A DNA stretch of 64,000 bases from Gammaproteobacteria bacterium (GCA_016705365.1 JADIYI010000008.1:1349572-1413571), one strand, 5' to 3'; shown: positions 1 through 11,131, numbered from the stretch's first letter. The notes: generated from the letters alone by a model not told the origin. Translations and numbers: made by a program.

Positions 1-443
1 TCGATGGGCGCATCGATCTGCGCGAGATGGTGATCAGTATCTTCCTGCAGCGCCACCTGGTGGCGTCACCGGGCGAGCTGCGCGCGGTTCGTGCGCGTTA
101 TTCGAGACTCGAGCAATTGCAGGGACCGATCAGCCTGTTGTTTTCCGGCCTGGCATTTGCCGTCCACCCCGGCACCGACGAAGCCGCGCAAGCGTTCGCG
201 CGCGCGGCCAGCGCGACCCGGCTGGACGGTTTGCGCATGCTCGACAATGCCGCGATCGACTGGCCGTCGCTGTTTTCCGGGATGTGGCGTTTGCGGGCGG
301 CCTATCCATTGCTGAAGCCGCGCATCATCAAGGGTTGCCGTGCGGCTCTGGCCACCGATGGGTTGCCCGAGGGGCAGGCGGGCGAATTGCTGCACCTGGT
401 GGCGGCTGTGCTCGACTGTCCGGCAGGGGCCGCGCAAGCCTGA
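1..443 (+). CDS. hypothetical protein, C-terminal part (gene starts upstream of window)
   Basis: Frame open from base 3 (DGRIDLREMVISIF...) to the stop at 441-443; no family recognised. Confidence 0.4.
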   Translation, partial: DGRIDLREMVISIFLQRHLVASPGELRAVRARYSRLEQLQGPISLLFSGLAFAVHPGTDEAAQAFARAASATRLDGLRMLDNAAIDWPSLFSGMWRLRAAYPLLKPRIIKGCRAALATDGLPEGQAGELLHLVAAVLDCPAGAAQA

Positions 444-512
444 ACCACGCTGGTATCGGTGCGCGTGGCTCCTGTAGAATGAGGCGCAACAGCCACGGGG
501 CGGGGACTGGTC

Positions 513-926
513 ATGGCATCGAGGATTGCGCGCCGCCGCGCGGAGAGCGACGAGTCGGATATCGATCTGACGCCGATGCTCGATGTGGTGTTCATCATGC
601 TGATTTTTTTCATTGTCACGGCTTCCTTCGTCAAGGAAGTCGGCATCCAGGTGACACGGCCGCAGTCACAACAGAGCGAAGCGGATGCCGAGAACAAGAA
701 TATCCTGCTGACGGTCACTTCCAGCAATGAAATCTGGATTGCCGACCGGCGCATCGATGTGCGCTCGGTACGCGCCAACGTAGAGCAGCTTCATGCCGAG
801 AATCCGAAGGCGGCGGTGGTGATCCGCGCGCATGATGAATCCGACACCGGGATATTTGCCGGCATTGCCGATCAGGCGCGCGAGGCGGGTGTCTACGATG
901 TCTCGCTCGCCACTTACCGGGAGTAA
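513..926 (+). CDS. exbD: ExbD/TolR-family biopolymer transport protein
   Basis: 137 aa; N-terminal DIDLTPMLDVVFIMLIFFIV membrane anchor typical of ExbD/TolR. Confidence 0.85.
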   Translation: MASRIARRRAESDESDIDLTPMLDVVFIMLIFFIVTASFVKEVGIQVTRPQSQQSEADAENKNILLTVTSSNEIWIADRRIDVRSVRANVEQLHAENPKAAVVIRAHDESDTGIFAGIADQAREAGVYDVSLATYRE

Positions 927-999
927 TCACCCCGACGCCACTGCCGCGTTGCGCACATTGGCGCAGGTTTGCCGAACACACCGATCCGGGGTTTGATAT

Positions 1000-1266
1000 A
1001 TGCCAATCGAAAAACTGCGAGAGAACCTGACACGGCTGCGCGAGGAGATTGCGCGCGCCGATGACGGGGACCGCGATGCCCTTGCCGGGCTGGAGCAGCT
1101 TTCGCGCGAGGTCGAAAGGGAGCTCGAGCAGGAGCGCGCGCTGTCCGACCCCGCTGGGCTGGTGCAGGAGTTCGAGCGTTCCATTTCCGGTTTCGAGGCC
1201 TCGCATCCGAATCTCAGCGCGATCGTCAACAACGTGCTGATGCTGCTCGGCAGTATCGGGGTTTGA
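1000..1266 (+). CDS. DUF4404-like small coiled-coil protein
   Basis: 88 aa; acidic helical N-terminus and FEASHPNLSAIVNNVLMLLGSIGV tail resemble the DUF4404 family. Confidence 0.5.
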   Translation: MPIEKLRENLTRLREEIARADDGDRDALAGLEQLSREVERELEQERALSDPAGLVQEFERSISGFEASHPNLSAIVNNVLMLLGSIGV

Positions 1267-1298
1267 TGGCGCGGGCTGTCAGCCCTGGAGGTCGTTGC

Positions 1299-2273
1299 AT
1301 GATCGAGCTGCCCTTTCGTTTTCGACGCCTGCGCCGCAGCGAGGGATTGCGCCGGTTGGTGCGGGAGAACGCGCTTGCGACCGATGATCTGATCCTGCCG
1401 ATATTCGTCGAGGAAAAAATCGGGCAACCGGTGCCGATCATCTCCATGCCCGGGGTGTTTCGCTATCCCGAGGCGATGCTGGGGGAGCGCGTGGCGCGGG
1501 CTTGGAGCAAGGGAATCCGTGCCGTCATACTCTTCGGCGTATCCCATCACAAGGATGTCCGCGGCAGCGACAGCTGGAGTCCCGATGGCCTGATGGCGCG
1601 CATGATTCGGGCGGCGCGGGCTGCTGCGCCGGACATGGTCGTGATCAGTGACAACTGTTTCTGTGAATATACCGATCATGGTCACTGCGGCGTTGTCGAC
1701 GGTGAGCAGGTGCTGAACGATGACACGCTGGCGAATCTCGGGCTGCAGGCGCTGGTCGCGGCGCAGGCCGGAGTCGACATGCTGGCGCCCTCGGGCATGA
1801 TGGACGGCACGGTGCGGACGCTGCGCACGACCCTCGATGCGGCGGGTTTCACCCAGCTTCCGATCATGTCCTATTCGACGAAATTCGCGTCCGCATTTTA
1901 CGGGCCGTTCCGCGACGCGGTGGACAGCGGTTTCAAGGGCGAGCGCTCCAGCTACCAGATGGATATCGCCAACGGCCGCGAGGCAGTGGCGGAATCGGTG
2001 CTCGACGAGGAAGAGGGCGCGGACATCCTGATGGTCAAGCCGGGGATGGCCTACCTCGATGTGTTGCACAGGATTCGCGAGCGCTGCAGCCGACCGTTGG
2101 CGGTCTACCAGGTCAGCGGCGAGTACGCGATGATCAAGGCCGCGGTAGCCGCCGGAGTCATGGACGAGCGGGCTCTGGTTCTGGAGACCATGGTGGCGTT
2201 TCGCCGCGCCGGAGCCGACCTGGTGCTTACCTATTATGCGGAACAGATAGCCGACTGGCTGCGCGCGGGCTGA
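1299..2273 (+). CDS. hemB: porphobilinogen synthase (delta-aminolevulinic acid dehydratase)
   Basis: FRRLRRSEGLRRLVRENALATDDLILPIFV and ADILMVKPGMAYLDV motifs. ATG at 1299 is preceded by GGAGG; the track ORF begins at 1263. Confidence 0.9.
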   Translation: MIELPFRFRRLRRSEGLRRLVRENALATDDLILPIFVEEKIGQPVPIISMPGVFRYPEAMLGERVARAWSKGIRAVILFGVSHHKDVRGSDSWSPDGLMARMIRAARAAAPDMVVISDNCFCEYTDHGHCGVVDGEQVLNDDTLANLGLQALVAAQAGVDMLAPSGMMDGTVRTLRTTLDAAGFTQLPIMSYSTKFASAFYGPFRDAVDSGFKGERSSYQMDIANGREAVAESVLDEEEGADILMVKPGMAYLDVLHRIRERCSRPLAVYQVSGEYAMIKAAVAAGVMDERALVLETMVAFRRAGADLVLTYYAEQIADWLRAG

Positions 2274-2286
2274 ATACCGGCCGCGA

Positions 2287-4020
2287 TCAGCCTTTTTGCA
2301 TGAGGCGGCGCAGTTCGTGCAGCAGTCGCGGCACGATATCCGATACCGCCACTTCCTCCCGATCACCCCCGCCGGCGCGTTGCTTGTACTCGACCATGCC
2401 GTTGCCGAGCGAACGCTCGCCGATCACCACCTGGTGCGGGATGCCGATGAGTTCCATGTCGGCGAATTTCACCCCGGGCCGCTCGTCACGGTCATCGAGC
2501 AGCACATCGACGCCGGCAGCCATGAGCTGCGCATACAGCGACAGCGCCGCGGTCTTCACGGTTGCCGACTTCTGCATGTTCAGCGGCAGCAACGCCACCG
2601 TGAAAGGTGCGATTGCGGCGGGCCAGATGATGCCCTGGGCATCGTTGTTCTGCTCTATCGCGGCCGCCACGATGCGTGACACGCCGATGCCGTAACAGCC
2701 CATCGTGAGCGTGCGCTCGCTGCCGGCCTCATCCAGGACCCGTGCGCCGAGCGCCGCGCTGTATTTGTCGCCGAGCTTGAATATATGACCGACCTCGATG
2801 CCGCGGCGCACCGTCAGGGTGCCATGCCCATCGGGGCTGGGGTCGCCATCGACCACGTTGCGCAGATCGCACACCTCGGCGGGTACGCAGTCCCGGCCCC
2901 AGTTGACTCCGCGCAGGTGATGACCTTCGCGGTTCGCGCCACAAACGAAGTTGCTGACGGCCAATGCGCTGCGATCGACCAGTACCGGTATGCCGATGCC
3001 GACCGGTCCCAGCGACCCCGGGCGACATCCCAGCGCGTCCGCGATCGCCGCCTCGTCCGCCAGGCGCAGCGGGGAAGCGACCAGCGGGTGCGACTGCGCC
3101 TTTACCGCATTCAACTGGTGGTCGCCGCGCAGCACCAGAGCAACCAGTGCCGGTCCGTCTTCGCAACCGTCCACCACCAGGGTCTTCAGCAGCTGCGATT
3201 CGGGCAGTTCGAGCAGTGCCGCCACAGCCGCGATGGTGTGCGCACCGGGTGTGGCGACCAGCGTGTTCTCCTCGAGCGGCGCGCTGCAGTCCGCGGCCGG
3301 TGCGAGTGCTTCGGCCTTTTCCACGTTGGCGGCAAACTCGCCGGTGCTGCTGAAGGCAATCGCGTCCTCCCCGGAATCCGCAAGCACGTGGAACTCGTGC
3401 GATTCGCTGCCGCCGATGCTGCCGGTGTCGGCGAGCACGGCACGGAATTCGAGCCCGACGCGCTCGAAGATGCGAGTGTAGGCGCGGTACATCGCGCGAT
3501 AGGTCTCGTCGAGCGAGCTCGCGTCGAGGTGAAAGGAGTAAGCATCCTTCATGATGAATTCGCGGGCCCGCATCACGCCGAAGCGGGGCCGTATCTCGTC
3601 ACGGAACTTGGTCTGTATCTGATAGAAGTTCACCGGCAGCTGGCGGTAGCTGCGCAACTCGTTGCGGGCAATATCGGTAATGACCTCTTCATGGGTCGGG
3701 CCGAGGCAAAAGGGACGCTGGTGACGGTCCGCAAGGCGCAGCAATTCGGGGCCGTACTGTGCCCAGCGCCCCGATTCCTGCCACAGTTCTCCCGGCTGGA
3801 CCACGGGCATCAACAGCTCCTGTGCACCGCTGCGGTTCATTTCCTCGCGCACGATGGTCTCGACCTTGCGCAACACGCGAAGCCCCATCGGCAACCAGCT
3901 GTAGAGGCCCGATGCGAGACGCCGGATCAGGCCCGCCCGCAACATCAGCTGATGGCTGATGACCTCGGCATCGGAGGGAGTTTGCTTGAGGGTCGCGATC
4001 AGGATCTGGCTGGCATGCAT
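2287..4020 (-). CDS. proS: proline--tRNA ligase
   Basis: [43 protein letters not shown]-terminus; I used the internal ATG at 4020 of the 647-aa track ORF. Confidence 0.92.
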   Translation of the reverse strand: MHASQILIATLKQTPSDAEVISHQLMLRAGLIRRLASGLYSWLPMGLRVLRKVETIVREEMNRSGAQELLMPVVQPGELWQESGRWAQYGPELLRLADRHQRPFCLGPTHEEVITDIARNELRSYRQLPVNFYQIQTKFRDEIRPRFGVMRAREFIMKDAYSFHLDASSLDETYRAMYRAYTRIFERVGLEFRAVLADTGSIGGSESHEFHVLADSGEDAIAFSSTGEFAANVEKAEALAPAADCSAPLEENTLVATPGAHTIAAVAALLELPESQLLKTLVVDGCEDGPALVALVLRGDHQLNAVKAQSHPLVASPLRLADEAAIADALGCRPGSLGPVGIGIPVLVDRSALAVSNFVCGANREGHHLRGVNWGRDCVPAEVCDLRNVVDGDPSPDGHGTLTVRRGIEVGHIFKLGDKYSAALGARVLDEAGSERTLTMGCYGIGVSRIVAAAIEQNNDAQGIIWPAAIAPFTVALLPLNMQKSATVKTAALSLYAQLMAAGVDVLLDDRDERPGVKFADMELIGIPHQVVIGERSLGNGMVEYKQRAGGGDREEVAVSDIVPRLLHELRRLMQKG

Positions 4021-4123
4021 ACGGCTTGTTTTCCGGGGGCGGTTGCGCTTGAGGTCAGAGCGGATTCTACGATTCCATGCACGCAGCGTACAGGCTGCCA
4101 TGCCGGCGCGGGGGATGGTTCCA

Positions 4124-4348
4124 ATGGCGGAAAATGCCGATGCATTCGTGTTGCATGAGCAACTCGCGCGCGATTGCATCACGCTCGGCGACCTTGCGCT
4201 GTGCCGCGTGCTGTTGATGAACGACAGCAACTATCCCTGGATCATCCTGGTGCCGCGGCGCGCCGGCGCTGCCATATACCGAAAAGCAGCTGCGGGAAAA
4301 TTGCGCCAGCCTGCTGCCGCTGGGGCGAGTCGCGGTATGGAGGCATAA
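4124..4348 (+). pseudogene. truncated HIT-family hydrolase remnant (N-terminal ~44 aa only, no histidine triad)
   Basis: [39 protein letters not shown] matches HIT-like proteins. The sequence then diverges, and no HxHxH motif occurs in any frame before the terminator at 4347. Confidence 0.45.
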
Positions 4349-4382
4349 AAAAAACCCCCCGGGATTGCTCGCGGGGGGTTTT
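4347..4382. terminator. bidirectional rho-independent terminator
   Basis: aaaacccccc / ggggggtttt form a perfect 10-bp stem around a 12-nt loop, with A-run and T-run flanks; lies between convergent genes. Confidence 0.6.
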
Positions 4383-4395
4383 CGGCGTGCCTCGA

Positions 4396-4836
4396 TCAGC
4401 CCGCCATGTCCTTCAGCTTCTTGAGAGGCCGTATCTTGACGGATACCGACGCGGGCTTCGCCTTGCCCATCGCCATCTCGCCGGTGAACGGGTTCTTGCG
4501 CATCCCGGCCTTCACCGCCGGCTTTTTCCGGGTGTTGATCTTCAGCATGCCGGGCAGCACGAACTCGCCGGGGCCGTTCTTGCTGATGTGGCGACCGATG
4601 ATGCTGCCCAGCTCTTCGATCATTGCGCTGGCCTGCTTGCGCGATACCGCTGCGCGCGCAGTCAGTTCATTCAGGATCTGGGTCTTGCTCCACCGCTCCT
4701 TGACGGCGGTCGGCTTTGGCGCTGCGGCGGCCGCAGCTTTCTTCGGGGCTGTCTTGGGCGCAGCCTTTGTTGCAGGGGTCTTGCCAGCAGCTTTCCTGGG
4801 AGCTGCCTTGGCGGCTTTCTTTTTTCCAGCGGCCAT
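4396..4836 (-). CDS. HU/IHF-family DNA-binding protein with N-terminal Lys/Ala/Pro-rich histone-H1-like tail
   Basis: MAAGKKKAAKAAPRKAAGKTPATKAAPKTAPKKAAAAAAPKP tail, then an HU fold signature (SKTQILNELT...GEFVLPGMLKINTRKKPA...RKNPFTGE). ATG at 4836 with a GAAGGA RBS. Confidence 0.75.
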   Translation of the reverse strand: MAAGKKKAAKAAPRKAAGKTPATKAAPKTAPKKAAAAAAPKPTAVKERWSKTQILNELTARAAVSRKQASAMIEELGSIIGRHISKNGPGEFVLPGMLKINTRKKPAVKAGMRKNPFTGEMAMGKAKPASVSVKIRPLKKLKDMAG

Positions 4837-4950
4837 GTTGATTCCTTCTCGTTTATCAGTGGGTTTGTGGGGTGGCTTCCCGGCCAGGGAAGCCTTCTCA
4901 AATGCTGCAATTACGGGACTTTTTGCGTGCTTCGGCGTACAGCGAGCGTA

Positions 4951-4979
4951 TATATAATGCATTCACTTCGGCACGGCAA
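4951..4979 (-). promoter_or_regulatory. putative sigma70 promoter for the HU-like gene
   Basis: Minus strand reads TTGCCG, a 17-nt spacer, then TATATA, about 110 nt upstream of the ATG at 4836. Confidence 0.35.
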
Positions 4980-5195
4980 CATCGCAAAGCATTTTTATTG
5001 CACCACCATCGCCGGTGCGCTGCCGCGCCAACCGTCCGCGCGGCAGCGGATTTCGATCGCCGCGAGGTGAAAACCGGGACGAGTTGGCTTATTCGCGGCA
5101 GCATGGCTGCGGTATAATCGCGCACTTTTTCGGGGACGTCCCTGTTTGCGGCGTGTCCGGATGCATTCACGGGATAACCAGCAGGGGTCGCTCAC

Positions 5196-5525
5196 ATGCC
5201 CATCTACGAGTATCAGTGCCAGACGTGCGAACACGAACTGGAGAAATTGCAGAAGCTCTCGGATGCTCCGCTCAGCGTCTGCCCCCAATGCGGCGAGGCG
5301 GCCCTGAAGAAGAAGATCAGTGCGGCCGGTTTCCGTTTGAAAGGCAGCGGCTGGTACGAGACTGACTTCAAGAGCGGCAGCAAGAAGAACATTGCCGGGG
5401 ATACTGGTGCGGGCAGCGGCTCGACCCCATCTCCGGGAGGGGGCGAGTCGGCGGCCCCTGCTGCCGCGACCAAGCCGGCCGCAACATCCGGCGGGAGCAC
5501 CACGACTTCCGCAACGGGCGCCTGA
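5196..5525 (+). CDS. FmdB-family zinc-ribbon protein
   Basis: MPIYEYQCQTCEHE...CPQCG CxxC pairs; low-complexity Gly/Ser/Thr tail. Confidence 0.8.
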   Translation: MPIYEYQCQTCEHELEKLQKLSDAPLSVCPQCGEAALKKKISAAGFRLKGSGWYETDFKSGSKKNIAGDTGAGSGSTPSPGGGESAAPAAATKPAATSGGSTTTSATGA

Positions 5526-5561
5526 AGCGCGTCGTTCCTGTCTCACCCCCGGAAAACCAGC

Positions 5562-7325
5562 ATGCGCACTCATTATTGCGGCGATATCAGCACGGCGCAC
5601 GTCGCTCAGGAAGTAACGCTCTGCGGCTGGGCCGATCGCCGGCGCGATCATGGTGGCGTGATCTTCGTCGATCTGCGCGACCGCGAGGGTATCGTGCAGG
5701 TGGTGTTCGATCCGGATTCGGGAGAGCATTTCGATACCGCCGACCGGGTGCGCAGTGAATACGTGCTGCGGGTGCGTGGCCGGGTGCGTGCGCGGGGCGA
5801 GGGCACGGTGAACCCCGCGATGAAGACGGGTCAGGTGGAGGTCTATGCGCTCGAGGTCGAGATCCTGAATTCCTCGGATACGCCGCCATTCCAGCTGGAC
5901 GAGCACGTCAGTGTCGGAGAAGAGACCCGTTTGCGGTATCGCTATCTGGACCTGCGCCGCCCGGAGATGCTGAACAACCTGCGTCTGCGCTCCGATGTCA
6001 CGATGGCGATCCGCAATTTTCTCGGCACGCGCGGCTTCATGGATGTCGAGACGCCGATGCTGACGCGCGCCACCCCCGAGGGCGCGCGCGACTACCTGGT
6101 GCCTAGCCGCACCCATCCGGGACGGTTCTTTGCGCTGCCGCAATCGCCGCAATTGTTCAAGCAGCTGTTGATGGTCGCAGGCGTGGATCGTTACTACCAG
6201 ATCGTGAAGTGCTTTCGCGACGAGGATCTGCGCGCGGATCGCCAACCCGAGTTCACCCAGGTGGATATCGAGTTCTCCTTTGCCGACCAGCAAGAGATCA
6301 CCAGGGTGTCCGAGGAAATGGTCCGCAGCCTGTTTTCGCAGGTGCTGGGGGTCGAACTGGGCGAGTTCCCGGTTCTCGCGTGGGGCGATGCGATGGAACG
6401 GTTCGGCAGCGACAAGCCGGATCTGCGTATTCCGCTCGAACTGGTGGAAGTGCGCGACCTGATGCGCGAGGTCGATTTCCAGGTGTTCTCCGCGCCGGCC
6501 AATGATCCGGGGGGAAGAGTGGCCGCGCTCCGGGTTCCCGGCGGTGCGGCGCTGCTGAGCCGCAAGCAGATCGATGATTACACGCGCTTTGTCGGGATCT
6601 ACGGCGCGCGCGGCCTCGCTTATATCAAGGTCAACGACAGCACCGACCTCGAGGCGGGACTGCAATCGCCGGTGGTCAAGTTCCTGCCCCTGGATGTGCG
6701 TCGCGAATTGCTGGCACGTGTGGGTGCTGTCAATGGCGATCTGGTGTTTTTCGGTGCCGACAAGACGCGCATCGTGAACGAGGCGCTGGGTGCCCTGCGT
6801 TGCCGGCTTGGTGCGGACCTGAACCTCTATACCTGCAAGTGGGCGCCGTTGTGGGTGGTGGATTTCCCGATGTTCGAGCAAAACGACAAGGGACGCTGGA
6901 TCGCGCTGCACCATCCGTTTACCCGCCCTGCCTGTGCGCCGGAGGATCTGGTCAGCAACCCTGCCGGAGCGCTCTCGCAGGCCTACGACATGGTGCTGAA
7001 CGGCACCGAGCTTGGTGGCGGATCGCTGCGTATCCATACGCCCGAGACCCAGCAATCGGTATTCCGCATCCTTGGCATAGGCGAGGAGGAAGCGCGCGAG
7101 AAGTTCGGCTTCCTGCTCGATGCGCTGCGTTTCGGCTGCCCGCCGCACGGTGGTCTCGCCTTCGGTCTGGATCGGTTGGTGATGCTGATGACCGATTCGG
7201 CCTCGATACGTGACGTCATCGCATTCCCGAAGACACAAAGCGCGAATTGCCTGCTGACCGAGGCGCCGGGCCTGGTGGACGAGGCACAGCTCAAAGAGCT
7301 GCATATCCGGCTGCGCGGAGTTTGA
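5562..7325 (+). CDS. aspS: aspartate--tRNA ligase
   Basis: 587 aa; MRTHYCGDI...[22 protein letters not shown] and class II motifs ([24 protein letters not shown]). Confidence 0.95.
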   Translation: MRTHYCGDISTAHVAQEVTLCGWADRRRDHGGVIFVDLRDREGIVQVVFDPDSGEHFDTADRVRSEYVLRVRGRVRARGEGTVNPAMKTGQVEVYALEVEILNSSDTPPFQLDEHVSVGEETRLRYRYLDLRRPEMLNNLRLRSDVTMAIRNFLGTRGFMDVETPMLTRATPEGARDYLVPSRTHPGRFFALPQSPQLFKQLLMVAGVDRYYQIVKCFRDEDLRADRQPEFTQVDIEFSFADQQEITRVSEEMVRSLFSQVLGVELGEFPVLAWGDAMERFGSDKPDLRIPLELVEVRDLMREVDFQVFSAPANDPGGRVAALRVPGGAALLSRKQIDDYTRFVGIYGARGLAYIKVNDSTDLEAGLQSPVVKFLPLDVRRELLARVGAVNGDLVFFGADKTRIVNEALGALRCRLGADLNLYTCKWAPLWVVDFPMFEQNDKGRWIALHHPFTRPACAPEDLVSNPAGALSQAYDMVLNGTELGGGSLRIHTPETQQSVFRILGIGEEEAREKFGFLLDALRFGCPPHGGLAFGLDRLVMLMTDSASIRDVIAFPKTQSANCLLTEAPGLVDEAQLKELHIRLRGV

Positions 7326-7326
7326 G

Positions 7327-7845
7327 GTGGCGGTGATCCTGGGTGTCGATCCGGGGTCGCGTGTCACCGGTTTCGGGCTGATACGCTCCGAAGGCAGCCG
7401 GCTCGAGTACATCAGCAGCGGCTGCATCAGGCTTGGCAGCGAGGAATTGCCGTTGCGCCTGAAGCGCATTTTCGAATGCATGGGCGAGATCATCGAACAG
7501 CACGCTCCGGTCGAAGTGGCGGTCGAACAGGTGTTCATGGCGAAGAGCGCGGGTTCGGCGCTGAAGCTCGGACAGGCACGCGGAGCGGCCATCGTGGCCG
7601 CGGTGCATCGCGGCCTGCCGGTGTTCGAGTACTCGGCACGCCGCATCAAGCAGTCCGTCGTGGGCACCGGAGCCGCGAACAAGGAGCAGGTGCAGCACAT
7701 GGTGCGTACCTTGCTGAAGCTTCCCGCGGCACCGCAGGCCGATGCCGCCGATGCACTCGCCGCGGCGCTGTGCCATGCTCACACGCGTCAGAGCCTGGAG
7801 CGTCTTCCGGGAGCGGTTGGCACGCGCCGCGGGCGCCTGCGATGA
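7327..7845 (+). CDS. ruvC: crossover junction endodeoxyribonuclease RuvC
   Basis: [17 protein letters not shown] start, [13 protein letters not shown] near the C-terminus; GTG start. Confidence 0.9.
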   Translation: MAVILGVDPGSRVTGFGLIRSEGSRLEYISSGCIRLGSEELPLRLKRIFECMGEIIEQHAPVEVAVEQVFMAKSAGSALKLGQARGAAIVAAVHRGLPVFEYSARRIKQSVVGTGAANKEQVQHMVRTLLKLPAAPQADAADALAAALCHAHTRQSLERLPGAVGTRRGRLR

Positions 7846-7864
7846 GTCATTCAGGGGCCCCCAG

Positions 7865-8485
7865 ATGATCGGTCGGATACGTGGCATCATCCTCGAGAAG
7901 CAGGCGCCCGAGCTGGTCATCGACGTGCATGGCGTGGGTTACGAGTTGCAGGCGCCGCTCAGCACCTTCTACAAGCTGCCAGCCCCGGGGCAGGAAGTGG
8001 TGCTGTACACGCATTTCGTGGTGCGCGAGGACGCGCAGCAACTCTACGGCTTCTGGCAGCGCGAGGACCGCAGCCTGTTCCGCACGCTGATCCGGGTCAG
8101 CGGGGTCGGGCCCAAGCTCGCGCTGGCGATTCTCTCGGGCATGGATTCCGAGGAGTTCGTGCGCAGCGTGCAGCGCAATGACGCACGCGCACTGGTGAAC
8201 CTGCCTGGCGTGGGCAAGAAAACCGCCGAGCGGCTGATTGTCGAGATGCGTGATCGCCTCGACGAGTGGCGCCCGGAGCTGTCCGGGGGAAGTGTCGCGA
8301 CGCCGTCCTCCGATATCGTCGCCACGAGTCGCAATCGCATGGTGCAGGATGCCGAGAGCGCGCTGATAGCGCTCGGCTACAAGCCGCAGGAAGCCGCGCG
8401 CGCGGTCTCGGCAGCGCTCGATGACGAGGTGCTCGAGAGCGAGGAGCTGATCCGGCGCGCCCTGCAGGGCAAGGCGCGTGCATGA
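7865..8485 (+). CDS. ruvA: Holliday junction branch migration protein RuvA
   Basis: [28 protein letters not shown]; I used the internal ATG at 7865 of the track ORF. Confidence 0.92.
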   Translation: MIGRIRGIILEKQAPELVIDVHGVGYELQAPLSTFYKLPAPGQEVVLYTHFVVREDAQQLYGFWQREDRSLFRTLIRVSGVGPKLALAILSGMDSEEFVRSVQRNDARALVNLPGVGKKTAERLIVEMRDRLDEWRPELSGGSVATPSSDIVATSRNRMVQDAESALIALGYKPQEAARAVSAALDDEVLESEELIRRALQGKARA

Positions 8486-8495
8486 GGAGCGCAGC

Positions 8496-9545
8496 ATGAT
8501 CGAAACCGACCGCCTGGTGGCCGCCGAGGTCAAGCAGAATGAGGACGTCATCGATCGTGCGGTGCGCCCGCGCACGCTTGCCGATTACGTGGGGCAACCG
8601 GTGGCGCGCGAACAGATGGAGATCTTCGTGGCGGCCGCGCGTGGTCGCAAGGAAGCGCTCGATCACACGCTGATCTACGGGCCGCCGGGTCTGGGCAAGA
8701 CCACACTGGCCCATATCATCGCCAACGAGATGGGTGTGTCGATGAGGAGCACCTCGGGTCCGGTGCTCGAGAAAGCCGGCGATCTCGCCGCACTGATGAC
8801 CAACCTCGAGCCGGGCGACGTGCTGTTCATCGACGAGATCCACCGTCTGAGCCCCCAGGTGGAAGAGGTGCTGTACCCGGCAATGGAGGATTTCCAGCTC
8901 GACATCATGATCGGCGAGGGGCCGGCCGCGCGTTCGATCAAGCTGGAGTTGCCGCAGTTCACACTGGTGGGTGCGACCACCCGCGCCGGACTCCTGACCT
9001 CGCCGCTGCGTGATCGCTTTGGCATCGTGCAGCGTCTCGAGTTCTATTCGGTGGCGGACCTCGCCTGGATCGTGGCACGCTCGGGACGGATTCTCGGCAT
9101 CGAACTCGAGGAGGCCGGCGCGCGCGAGATCGCGCGCCGCGCGCGCGGCACGCCACGTATCGCCAACCGCCTGTTGCGGAGGGTGCGCGATTTCGCGCAG
9201 GTGCGCCATGACGGACGGATCAGTGCGCAGATCGCCGACGCGGCGCTCAACATGCTGAGCGTCGACCAACAGGGCTTCGATCACATGGATCGCCGGCTGT
9301 TGCTGGCGATGATCGAGAAGTTCGATGGCGGTCCGGTGGGCGTGGAGAGCCTGGCCTCGGCCATCAGCGAGGAGCGGGGCACGATCGAGGACGTGCTCGA
9401 GCCGTTCCTGATCCAGCAGGGTTACATGATGCGTACCCCGCGCGGGCGCATGGTCACGCGCGCGGCCTATCTGCACTTCGGACTGCAGCCGCGGGTCAGC
9501 ATGGCCAATATGGATCTGCTCGGGCAGGCGGAGGATGAGCCTTGA
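8496..9545 (+). CDS. ruvB: Holliday junction DNA helicase RuvB
   Basis: MIETDRLV...[11 protein letters not shown] Walker A; GAGGAG RBS before the ATG at 8496. Confidence 0.95.
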   Translation: MIETDRLVAAEVKQNEDVIDRAVRPRTLADYVGQPVAREQMEIFVAAARGRKEALDHTLIYGPPGLGKTTLAHIIANEMGVSMRSTSGPVLEKAGDLAALMTNLEPGDVLFIDEIHRLSPQVEEVLYPAMEDFQLDIMIGEGPAARSIKLELPQFTLVGATTRAGLLTSPLRDRFGIVQRLEFYSVADLAWIVARSGRILGIELEEAGAREIARRARGTPRIANRLLRRVRDFAQVRHDGRISAQIADAALNMLSVDQQGFDHMDRRLLLAMIEKFDGGPVGVESLASAISEERGTIEDVLEPFLIQQGYMMRTPRGRMVTRAAYLHFGLQPRVSMANMDLLGQAEDEP

Positions 9546-9979
9546 GCGGCGGCTGGAGCAGTGACGAGTTTCGGCTGCCGCTGCGGGTATATATAGAAGA
9601 CACGGACGCTGGCGGCATCGTCTATTACGTGAATTACCTGAAATATTTCGAGCGTGCACGGACCGAGCTGATGCGCAGTCACGGGTTTGCCCGGCCCGCG
9701 CTGCCCGAGGCCGGCCTGATGTTCGTGGTCAATTCGCTGCAGGTCGACTACCTCAGCCCGGCGCGGCTCGATGACGAACTGATGGCCTGTGCGCGGCTAT
9801 GCGGCGGCGGCCGCGCCCGGCTGCTGTTCGCGCAACGGATCCTGCGCGCGGGGCAGGATATCTGTCGCGCCGAGGTCAGCGTGGCATGCGTGAGCCCGGC
9901 CACCGGCAAACCCTGCGCGCTGCCGGCGCGGATGCGCGCCGTGTTGAATGGCGGCGGCCCGGGGACCCAAACCGATTAA
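9542..9979 (+). CDS. ybgC: tol-pal-associated acyl-CoA thioesterase YbgC
   Basis: [29 protein letters not shown] hot-dog thioesterase motif; position upstream of tolQ; TTG start is uncertain. Confidence 0.8.
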   Translation: MSGGWSSDEFRLPLRVYIEDTDAGGIVYYVNYLKYFERARTELMRSHGFARPALPEAGLMFVVNSLQVDYLSPARLDDELMACARLCGGGRARLLFAQRILRAGQDICRAEVSVACVSPATGKPCALPARMRAVLNGGGPGTQTD

Positions 9980-9997
9980 TCGCAATGGAGAAATGAC

Positions 9998-10696
9998 GTG
10001 AACGAAGAGTTATCGCTCTGGGAGCTGGTGCTGAACGCCAGTTTCGTGGTGCAACTGGTGATGTTGCTGCTGTTCATGGCCTCGGTCGTCTCCTGGGGCA
10101 TGATCGTGCAGCGTGCCCTGTTGCTGCGCCGCGCGAAGCAGCAGTTGCTGGGTTTCGAGCAGACCTTCTGGTCGGGCATCGATCTCAGCCAGCTCTACCG
10201 TGACGGCAGCAGCCGGCTCGAGAACGGCGAACGGCTCGAGGGCGTCGAGAACCTGTTCCGCGCCGGCTTCAAGGAATTCACCCGCCTGCGTCAGCAAGAG
10301 GGCATCGATTCCGACGCGATCATGGAAGGTGCCCAGCGCGCGATGCGGGTCGCACTCTCGCGCGAGGAAGAGCATCTCGAGCGTCACCTGCCCTTCCTGG
10401 CGACGGTAGGCTCCACCAGTCCGTATGTGGGTCTTTTCGGTACCGTTTGGGGAATCATGCACTCCTTCCGCGGTCTCGCCAATGTGCACCAGGCGACGCT
10501 CGCCACCGTGGCACCCGGTATCTCCGAAGCCCTGATTGCCACCGCGATGGGCTTGTTCGCGGCGATCCCTGCGGTGATTGCCTACAACCGCTACTCGGCG
10601 CGGGTCGAGAACCTGATTGCCAACTACGAAACTTTCGCCGAGGAATTTTCCAGCATTCTCCATCGCCAGGCCCACGCGGTCAGAAAGAGCGCCTGA
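9998..10696 (+). CDS. tolQ: Tol-Pal system protein TolQ
   Basis: 232 aa MotA/TolQ/ExbB family; LATVGSTSPYVGLFGTVWGIM. Confidence 0.9.
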   Translation: MNEELSLWELVLNASFVVQLVMLLLFMASVVSWGMIVQRALLLRRAKQQLLGFEQTFWSGIDLSQLYRDGSSRLENGERLEGVENLFRAGFKEFTRLRQQEGIDSDAIMEGAQRAMRVALSREEEHLERHLPFLATVGSTSPYVGLFGTVWGIMHSFRGLANVHQATLATVAPGISEALIATAMGLFAAIPAVIAYNRYSARVENLIANYETFAEEFSSILHRQAHAVRKSA

Positions 10697-10714
10697 GGCT
10701 CCGAGGAAACCATC

Positions 10715-11128
10715 ATGCCACGGCAACGCCGCAAACCCATCGCCGAGATCAACGTCGTTCCCTATATCGACGTGATGCTGGTCCTGCTCATTATTTTCAT
10801 GATCACCGCACCGATGCTGATGCAGGGCGTCGAGGTGGAACTGCCCGATGCGCCGTCGGAGCCGATTTCCAACCAGGATGACGAGCCATTGATCGTCTCG
10901 ATCAAGGCCGACGGCGGCTTTTACATCAACCTGGGTGCCGAACCGGAGAAATCCGCGAGCCTCGAGGTGATCAGCGACAAGGTGAGCAAGATCCTCAAGG
11001 CAAAGCCCAAGACGCCGGTGCTGGTCTGGGGTGACGAGAAGGTGGCGTACGGGATCGTCGTGACACTGATGGCCGAGTTGCAGAAGGCGGGCGCAAAAAA
11101 TGTCGGCCTGGTGACCGAGAATCCCTGA
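10715..11128 (+). CDS. tolR: Tol-Pal system protein TolR
   Basis: EINVVPYIDVMLVLLIIFMITAP anchor; follows tolQ. Confidence 0.9.
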   Translation: MPRQRRKPIAEINVVPYIDVMLVLLIIFMITAPMLMQGVEVELPDAPSEPISNQDDEPLIVSIKADGGFYINLGAEPEKSASLEVISDKVSKILKAKPKTPVLVWGDEKVAYGIVVTLMAELQKAGAKNVGLVTENP

Positions 11129-11131
11129 AGC

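Noticed and set aside
5080-5120. TATAAT box at 5113-5118 as the promoter for fmdB-aspS
   Set aside because: The best upstream -35-like hexamer (TTGGCT) is 23 nt away, and the alternative -35 candidates are poor. This is not strong enough to list as a feature.
4995-7700. 901-aa ORF antisense to aspS. Similar giant antisense ORFs: 927-2366, 26341-28947, 41256-44249, 22874-25045 and 56930-59044.
   Set aside because: Their translations are Arg/Ala/Gly/Pro-rich with no motifs, and they mirror well-identified genes on the opposite strand. Long open antisense frames are an expected artefact of high G+C codon bias.
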